DNA of 54,064 bases from IMG/VR virus record IMGVR_UViG_3300042309_000278, positions 1 to 54,064 of that record; one strand, 5' to 3'. Source of the DNA: a virus (Duplodnaviria; Caudoviricetes). The translations under genes were made by a program, and so were the position numbers. The notes beneath the pieces are model-generated. The model ran no database searches. It was not told where the DNA came from and saw only the letters and a list, made by a program, of their open reading frames with translations. Positions within the stretch are counted from its first letter, which is position 1, and the number at the start of each line of letters is the position of its first letter. Below are positions 49,261 through 54,064 of the stretch, piece by piece.

Positions 49261-49523
49261 AATTGTTCCGTATGCTCATAGATACTGACTCCAACCCAGA
49301 TGACGATGCCCCCATTGTCAAAGGAAAGGAGACTGGTATTATGGAGGAGAAGAACATGTTTGAAGGAGTTAGTGACTCTCGCAAGGAAGCAATGATCCAC
49401 GATCTCATCCTAGTGGTGAAGTCGGCAATGACGAAAGTGAATGCAAGGGAGCAACTTTGGTGCGACATCCTTGCTAAGACTGAAAATGACATTCGCAGGG
49501 TCGTAAACGAAACGATCCGATGA
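49257..49523 (+). CDS. Hypothetical protein
   Basis: ORF track; alternative starts at 49341 and 49356 have an RBS. Confidence 0.6.
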   Translation: MKLFRMLIDTDSNPDDDAPIVKGKETGIMEEKNMFEGVSDSRKEAMIHDLILVVKSAMTKVNAREQLWCDILAKTENDIRRVVNETIR

Positions 49524-49534
49524 AGGAGTGAAAC

Positions 49535-49921
49535 ATGAAAATGGAATTCGATCACAAGTTCGTGGCAGCATTCAATACGTTTATGACAAGCCTCAAGACA
49601 CTTGTCGAAACATCAACAGCATCATCTAGCACAGCAGACTACGAAGAAGGATACAAGTACATTCGTATCATTCTCGTTCGAACCGATGTAGACGGTTCTA
49701 AGAAGAAGTCTGCGTGGGGATTCATCGACAAGCGGACTGCGGACATCTTCCGTGCCGCGAGTTGGAAGGCTCCCTGCCTCAACCACATTCGCGGAAACCT
49801 CTATGATGAGGACAATGGTCTGAAGCATTGCCATTGGACTGGTCCTGCGTACATATGGGCAATAAACGATTCCAAGAAGGAGGCAGTCGCGGCTCAACCC
49901 GCTCCCGAAGGAGGGATCTAA
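49535..49921 (+). CDS. Conserved phage hypothetical protein
   Basis: AGGAG RBS; KYIRI...SAWGFID...IFRAASWKAP...RGN pattern seen in many phage early proteins. Confidence 0.75.
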   Translation: MKMEFDHKFVAAFNTFMTSLKTLVETSTASSSTADYEEGYKYIRIILVRTDVDGSKKKSAWGFIDKRTADIFRAASWKAPCLNHIRGNLYDEDNGLKHCHWTGPAYIWAINDSKKEAVAAQPAPEGGI

Positions 49922-50190
49922 TGGGCTACAGACTGCACATCGACATTCCGCTCAACCTCACCGAAGATGATGCAATCAAGCATAGCATTGCTATCATGTC
50001 TGCCATCGAAAACATTCTGATGTCGGGTGTGAAGACCGAAGCCGATACCATCAACTATCGTCTTGGTCACGACGATGATCGTCAGAAGTCGAACTACCTC
50101 GACAAGAATGAGAACGGACACGTCAGCAACAAGAAGTCAAAGATTCTTCTGAAGAGGGAGTTGACAGCAGCCGAAGACACGATAGAGTAA
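49921..50190 (+). CDS. Hypothetical protein
   Basis: Start MGYRLHIDIPL at 49921 with GGAGG RBS and TAATG coupling. Confidence 0.65.
   Translation: MGYRLHIDIPLNLTEDDAIKHSIAIMSAIENILMSGVKTEADTINYRLGHDDDRQKSNYLDKNENGHVSNKKSKILLKRELTAAEDTIE
50161..50188 (+). promoter_or_regulatory. Sigma70-type promoter TTGACA-N16-TAGAGT upstream of the tRNA cluster
   Basis: Perfect -35 box; the -10 box ends 11 nt before tRNA-Ile. Confidence 0.55.
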
Positions 50191-50199
50191 GTGAACAAC

Positions 50200-50274
50200 G
50201 CGCCGTGGGAGGTCTTGGCATCCTCAGTTCGATTTATAACCGAATAAGAGTTGGTTCGAATCCAACACGGCGTA
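50200..50274 (+). tRNA. tRNA-Ile(UAU)
   Basis: Acceptor GCGCCGT/ACGGCGT, loop TTTATAA, T arm GTTGG-TTCGAAT-CCAAC; A.C mismatch at the base of the anticodon stem; no CCA. Confidence 0.8.
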
Positions 50275-50350
50275 TTTCTCAAACAGGCTCTTCGCATATG
50301 AGTCGCTGCGATGAAAGCCAACAGTTTCGCGACTCACAGGAGATTTTGCA

Positions 50351-50674
50351 ATGTTCGGACTTACCAATAACAGCGTGTTCAAGTATGTCGGTGTTCTCTC
50401 TGCTCTCGTCTTTGTGTGGTTCACGTTCCTCTCACCAGAGAGCGCAAATGCAGCACAGAAGGCAAACTACGGTTTGATTGCCCTGTTCGCATCTCTCGCG
50501 TTGTATTACTATTCGCAGTTCAACCGTGAGCGTTCTTTCCAAGAGAACGACAATGTGTATCGTCGCATTGATGACGTTGAGCGTGAGTTCAACCTTCGCA
50601 TCAATGAAGTTGAGCGTGAAGTCAACGAATGTGTTGATAGCAAGTGCGCTGAATCGTGCAAGCGCGGTCGCTAA
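50351..50674 (+). CDS. Two-TM membrane protein with a C-terminal coiled coil
   Basis: AGGAG RBS; two hydrophobic segments. Confidence 0.7.
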   Translation: MFGLTNNSVFKYVGVLSALVFVWFTFLSPESANAAQKANYGLIALFASLALYYYSQFNRERSFQENDNVYRRIDDVEREFNLRINEVEREVNECVDSKCAESCKRGR

Positions 50675-50746
50675 TGATTGATGGTGTCCGTCTACCATGA
50701 GTGGCGGCAGAGGGTTCGCGCATTCTGCGAATAACGCGATTTCGTT

Positions 50747-50817
50747 GCGGGTATGATGTAGCGGCAACATGTGAGTTTTCCAAACTTTCCTCACGGGTTC
50801 GAATCCCGTTACCCGCT
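50747..50817 (+). tRNA. tRNA-Gly(UCC)
   Basis: GCGGGTA/TACCCGC acceptor, loop TTTCCAA, T arm ACGGG-TTCGAAT-CCCGT. Confidence 0.88.
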
Positions 50818-50821
50818 TTTT

Positions 50822-50911
50822 GGACAGATGGCAGAGTGGTCTAATGCTGCGGTTTACTAAACCGCCGATGGTTCCAGAAATCGTCCGAGGGTTCGAATCC
50901 TTCTCTGTCCG
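50822..50911 (+). tRNA. tRNA-Ser(ACU)
   Basis: GGACAGA/TCTGTCC acceptor, G discriminator, long variable arm, GCGGT-TTACTAA-ACCGC anticodon arm. Confidence 0.88.
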
Positions 50912-50912
50912 T

Positions 50913-50984
50913 TGATCTGTAGCACAACGGTAGTGCATCGACCTGTTAAGTCGAGGGTTACTGGTTCGAATCCAGTCAGATCAG
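50913..50984 (+). tRNA. tRNA-Asn(GUU)
   Basis: TGATCTG/CAGATCA acceptor; TCGAC-CTGTTAA-GTCGA anticodon arm. Confidence 0.92.
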
Positions 50985-50987
50985 TTC

Positions 50988-51068
50988 GGTTGTGTACTCA
51001 AGCGGCAACGAGGGCAGACTGTAAATCTGCTGACATAGTCTTCGGGGGTTCGAATCCCTCCGCAACCA
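50988..51068 (+). tRNA. tRNA-Tyr(GUA)
   Basis: GGTTGTG/CGCAACC acceptor; GCAGA-CTGTAAA-TCTGC anticodon arm; extended variable arm. Confidence 0.92.
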
Positions 51069-51073
51069 CTCAA

Positions 51074-51145
51074 GCCACCTTAGCACAGCGGCAGTGCATC
51101 GTATTTGTAATGCGAGGGTCGTGAGTTCAAATCTCACAGGTGGCT
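51074..51145 (+). tRNA. tRNA-Thr(UGU)
   Basis: GCCACCT/AGGTGGC acceptor; TCGTA-TTTGTAA-TGCGA anticodon arm. Confidence 0.92.
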
Positions 51146-51152
51146 TTCTTCC

Positions 51153-51515
51153 ATGCCATGTTATGCAATCTCAATCCGTGAAGACAAGGAACACCTCCTG
51201 AGAGATGGGGGTGGTTTCTTGTTCTTCAAGAAAAAGAATCTCGCAATTCAAATGTGCGATTCGATGAATGCACTACGGAAATCTATGAAGATTGACCAAG
51301 TGTATTCAATCTGCAAGATAGATGAGAAAGACTGGAAAGGTTTTCCAGTGATCTACGATCAGGAGTACGAAGATGACGCTACCAAGCGAGATGTTTCATG
51401 CTATACGAAACGCACGGCACTTCATGCTGGCGTTGATGGATCCGAAGGAAACTCCAAAGGTTCCAAGAGAAATAAGAAAGCGAGCGAGGGATCGACTCAA
51501 GCACTTCCCTTCTGA
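51153..51515 (+). CDS. Hypothetical protein
   Basis: ORF track; its 3' end overlaps the next gene by 143 nt. Confidence 0.5.
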   Translation: MPCYAISIREDKEHLLRDGGGFLFFKKKNLAIQMCDSMNALRKSMKIDQVYSICKIDEKDWKGFPVIYDQEYEDDATKRDVSCYTKRTALHAGVDGSEGNSKGSKRNKKASEGSTQALPF

Positions 51516-51696
51516 ATACGAAATTACAGAATTGGAAAAGATGTATTCATTCAAAGACAAGGATCCAAACATTCTTCTCAATGAGTGCATGAAGCGTCTT
51601 GACTCCATTCGCGGAGAACTTACCATAGTGAACAAGAAGGTTGGTGATGTCGGCAACGGCATCGTTGAAGTAATTCAAAACTCAAGGAGTCAATGA
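51373..51696 (+). CDS. Conserved phage hypothetical protein
   Basis: AGGAG RBS; MTLP.E...PKVPREIRKRA..LKHFP pattern common in phages. Confidence 0.75.
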   Translation: MTLPSEMFHAIRNARHFMLALMDPKETPKVPREIRKRARDRLKHFPSEYEITELEKMYSFKDKDPNILLNECMKRLDSIRGELTIVNKKVGDVGNGIVEVIQNSRSQ

Positions 51697-51697
51697 G

Positions 51698-51952
51698 ATG
51701 CCAAATAGTAAAGCAAAGAGTGTTGCTAGAAAGCACCGCAAGGCACGAAACCGTTGGAAGAGCAAGAATCGTGAGAGCCTCACTCATGCAAAGGTGAAGT
51801 CTCCACCAAAGAAGAAGCAATCTGTTTTTGAGCGAGCGAAAACATCCCCTCTGGCGGGGGCTTCCCCGTCAGCCGTATCTAACCCGCCAGAGGGGACTCC
51901 TCGCACCGCATCAACGATGTTGTTCACTGAACTCAAAGCAAAGGGTGGATGA
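51698..51952 (+). CDS. Basic hypothetical protein
   Basis: AGGAG RBS; Lys/Arg-rich N-terminus; ATGA overlap with the next gene. Confidence 0.55.
   Translation: MPNSKAKSVARKHRKARNRWKSKNRESLTHAKVKSPPKKKQSVFERAKTSPLAGASPSAVSNPPEGTPRTASTMLFTELKAKGG
51845..51896. repeat. Perfect 14-bp GC-rich inverted repeat
   Basis: TCCCCTCTGGCGGG (51845-51858) and CCCGCCAGAGGGGA (51883-51896). Confidence 0.85.
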
Positions 51953-52218
51953 AAATGGAAAAAACACAAATTGTCGAATCACTCCACCAAGGAGTCTGTG
52001 AAGTGGTGTTTACCAAGGCAGACGGCACGGAGCGTACACTTCGATGTACGCGATCTGCAAGCATTGCACCAATCACCAACACTAAAACCCTCCTCAATGA
52101 GGAGGGTGGTGGTCCAGATGTGATTCCTGTGTGGGACATGGATTCTGCACAATGGCGATCATTCAATATGAATACCATCAAGTCGTTCCGCAAGATTGGG
52201 ACTACTTTGAATGGCTGA
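51949..52218 (+). CDS. SH3-like/WYL_2-type beta-barrel protein
   Basis: VCEVVFTKADGTERTLRCT...VWDMD...WRSF motif of this widespread phage family. Confidence 0.75.
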   Translation: MKMEKTQIVESLHQGVCEVVFTKADGTERTLRCTRSASIAPITNTKTLLNEEGGGPDVIPVWDMDSAQWRSFNMNTIKSFRKIGTTLNG

Positions 52219-52227
52219 GTGAAAGTC

Positions 52228-52300
52228 GCTTCGGTGGCAGACAAGCAATGCATCGGTCTTTTAAACCGTACCCATGCGGGGGCAGTACCCGCCCGAAGCA
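52228..52300 (+). tRNA. tRNA-Lys(UUU) with non-canonical D and T loops
   Basis: GCTTCGG/CCGAAGC acceptor, loop CTTTTAA, T arm GCGGG-GGCAGTA-CCCGC. Confidence 0.78.
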
Positions 52301-52309
52301 TTTCTGATG

Positions 52310-52317
52310 TATACATA
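52310..52317 (+). promoter_or_regulatory. Late promoter variant TATACATA upstream of the HNH gene
   Basis: Followed by a GGAGG RBS and the ATG at 52336. Confidence 0.55.
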
Positions 52318-52335
52318 TTAGCGGAGGATGCTAAT

Positions 52336-52710
52336 ATGTGCGAATGCAGATACTGTGGTAAAGACATGGGAGAAAACCCCAACAGATCTAAAGGTGACAG
52401 AAGAACTCAATGCAATTCTTGTGCAGTGAGCAAGCGTAGATGGAAAGTTAAGTATGATCTGGTGACTGCAAAGGGAGGAAAGTGTTCTAGATGTGGGTGG
52501 GACAAACATCCAGCGGCATTGCAGTTTCATCATACAGATCCATCCAGTAAGGAGTTTAATCTGAATGCAAATGTTCTATTGCGTGAAAAAGGCAACTATG
52601 AGGAAGAACTTGCAAAGTGCATTCTTCTCTGTGCAAATTGTCATGCAATAGAGCATCAGAACGGTGACAGGTTTCTTGTTGAGTTGGGATGGAAATCTAC
52701 GGCGCGGTAG
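52336..52710 (+). CDS. HNH endonuclease, probably a free-standing homing endonuclease
   Basis: CxxC pairs and GGKCSRCG...LQFHH.DP...CILLCANCHAIEH; start moved to the ATG at 52336 behind GGAGG. Confidence 0.88.
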   Translation: MCECRYCGKDMGENPNRSKGDRRTQCNSCAVSKRRWKVKYDLVTAKGGKCSRCGWDKHPAALQFHHTDPSSKEFNLNANVLLREKGNYEEELAKCILLCANCHAIEHQNGDRFLVELGWKSTAR

Positions 52711-52773
52711 ACCAACGGCAGAGTCAGTTGACTTAAAATCAACACAGTGTGGGTTCGAATCCCACCCGTGCTA
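52701..52773 (+). tRNA. tRNA-Leu(UAA) with a short variable loop
   Basis: GGCGCGG/CCGTGCT acceptor, GTTGA-CTTAAAA-TCAAC anticodon arm, variable loop ACAGT, A discriminator. Confidence 0.88.
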
Positions 52774-52775
52774 TT

Positions 52776-53084
52776 ATGAAAAACATTGATTACCCAAAAG
52801 AACTTCGTAAGATGTATGTTGGCAACTACAACATGGTCATCATTCATGATGCTGCCGACGAGATCGAACGCCTTCAAAACCAAATCAAGAGTTGGGAAGA
52901 ACGCTTCAATGAAGTCTGTAAGGAGCGCGATGAGTTTTGGGATATGTTCGATAAGGCGCGGGGAGAACGGGATGAGGCAAGGCGTATTGCGTGTGGATTG
53001 ATATACGATCAAGCACCATCCCCTGCCACAAAAGAATCTATCGCAGAAGCGGAAGGTTGGGATTGCTATAAGGAGAACCCATAA
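52776..53084 (+). CDS. Hypothetical coiled-coil protein
   Basis: Starts MKNIDYPKELR right after tRNA-Leu; AADEIERL and ERDE repeats. Confidence 0.7.
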   Translation: MKNIDYPKELRKMYVGNYNMVIIHDAADEIERLQNQIKSWEERFNEVCKERDEFWDMFDKARGERDEARRIACGLIYDQAPSPATKESIAEAEGWDCYKENP

Positions 53085-53287
53085 TGAAACCAAAGATTAG
53101 ACATACTCTTTATGTTGTGACTATAACAATTCTCACAACAACACTTTTTATGGTGAAGTGTCAAGGGAATTTGTGGGCGCATCAGATTCGTCCGATTGCC
53201 ACAGAATCCGAAAAAGTGCGTCCACCAGGAGAGGGTGTCAAACTTGGAACAGGAAAGAATATGCATTACAGGATGAACACACAATGA
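53084..53287 (+). CDS. Small protein with an N-terminal hydrophobic/signal segment
   Basis: AGGAG RBS; TAATG coupling. Confidence 0.6.
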   Translation: MKPKIRHTLYVVTITILTTTLFMVKCQGNLWAHQIRPIATESEKVRPPGEGVKLGTGKNMHYRMNTQ

Positions 53288-53910
53288 AGACACTAATCGC
53301 AACAGCATTTATCACAACGACAGCACACGGAACTGGGACTCTCTGCACCTTTGAGAACCTTCCTGCTCCAACAACTCCTAGTATGAGTTCCGCTACCACG
53401 GGATTCTATTGGGATTACCTCTCCTCATACGAGGGATTCCACTTCACAAGTTCATTCTCCCAAGGAAACTTTCAATGGGGATACTACGATCTCGTTGGTG
53501 GTGGGGGATACGCAGGATACGATGAGGGAATCATCGGGGATCGTGCTTTGTTTACCCCGTGGGGTTCTGAGCAGAACAAGAACTACCGCATTCGTCGTGA
53601 TGATCTTTGGATTCTCAACAGCATTGAAGTCACATCAGTTTGGAATTCGACCGCAGTAGTTATAGAGGGATACCGATACGGAGAGGGTGTGTTTACTTAT
53701 ACTACACAACTCACAGCAGCACAGCGGGTAAAACTAAACATCTCCTCTGGATATCCTGGTCCGCTTAACAACATCACAGAGATCAAAATCTACACCAACA
53801 CATTTAGTTCCCATCTCGCTATCGATAATCTCAACTACACGGTGGTTCCTGCACCATCGGCACTTGCCCTGCTTGCGATTGTTGGTGCGGTTGGAAGGCG
53901 GCGACGATGA
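53284..53910 (+). CDS. PEP-CTERM-type (VPAP variant) exosortase-sorted surface protein
   Basis: Signal-like N-terminus MKTLIATAFITTTAHG; C-terminus IDNLNYTVVPAPSALALLAIVGAVGRRRR (motif, TM helix, Arg cluster). Confidence 0.85.
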   Translation: MKTLIATAFITTTAHGTGTLCTFENLPAPTTPSMSSATTGFYWDYLSSYEGFHFTSSFSQGNFQWGYYDLVGGGGYAGYDEGIIGDRALFTPWGSEQNKNYRIRRDDLWILNSIEVTSVWNSTAVVIEGYRYGEGVFTYTTQLTAAQRVKLNISSGYPGPLNNITEIKIYTNTFSSHLAIDNLNYTVVPAPSALALLAIVGAVGRRRR

Positions 53911-54064
53911 AAGACATTGCCTATGAACTTCGCGTTCTGAGCAAAAGGCAAGATCTGCCACCTGATGTAATTCGTACAATTTCAGAGGCATATGCTGAGA
54001 TTGTGGAACTTCGTAGTCAAGTAAGCAAATACGCTCTGGAAGCGATCACTCGCTTCGATGAAGA
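53907..54064 (+). CDS. Hypothetical protein, partial
   Basis: ATGA overlap; MKDIAYELRVLSKRQDLPP... is open to the window end. Confidence 0.6.
   Translation, partial: MKDIAYELRVLSKRQDLPPDVIRTISEAYAEIVELRSQVSKYALEAITRFDE

Noticed and set aside
50822-50911. Amber suppressor reading (CUA) of the loop TTACTAA, and stop-codon recoding
   Set aside because: The 5-bp stem fixes a 7-nt loop with ACT central. TAG terminates conserved genes (gp20, gp8, gp5) at their expected ends, so standard code 11 fits.
50205-51124. Several short ORFs over the tRNA cluster
   Set aside because: They overlap clear tRNA cloverleaves or the better-supported 50351 gene.
51845-51896. Theta/HDV-like ribozyme at the GC-rich hairpin (CTAA before the 3' strand)
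   Set aside because: No P1 partner could be found upstream, so it is kept only as an inverted repeat.
52219-52335. N-terminal extension of the HNH ORF given in the track
   Set aside because: It runs through tRNA-Lys; the promoter, RBS and ATG at 52336 give a better start. The extensions of ORFs 52749, 53158 and 49828 were trimmed for similar reasons.
1-54064. CRISPR array, DGR, integrase or IS element
   Set aside because: No regularly spaced repeats, reverse transcriptase, recombinase or transposase motifs were seen by eye.

Overview
This window is a fragment of a large T4-like myovirus genome, roughly 40% GC by eye. Bases 1-43763 (minus strand) hold the virion morphogenesis operon in near-T4 order: gp48, gp53, gp27-like, gp5, PAAR, gp25, gp6, gp7-like, gp8, DUF4815/VrlC-like, fibre genes, gp13-17, two tandem gp18 sheath paralogs, gp19, gp20, gp67/68-like, gp21 and the start of gp22. 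Bases 43764-48432 (plus strand) hold gp4, gp2, gp54, gp26, gp51 and a gp29-like tape measure. From about 48.4 kb there is an accessory region with a Zn-dependent deaminase, divergent sigma70-type promoters, small ORFs, eight tRNA genes, an HNH endonuclease between two tRNAs, and a PEP-CTERM-type (VPAP) exosortase substrate that points to a Planctomycetota/Phycisphaerae-like host. The most notable signals are (1) a duplicated, structurally divergent tail sheath, (2) a G-x-[T/S] micro-motif concentrated in outer virion proteins, possibly a modification sequon, (3) tRNA-Ser(ACU) and tRNA-Ile(UAU) lying near a late-promoter deaminase, (4) the phage-borne PEP-CTERM protein, and (5) pseudoknot-like RNAs in the tRNA cluster. 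All calls come from motif recognition and synteny. No database searches were run.
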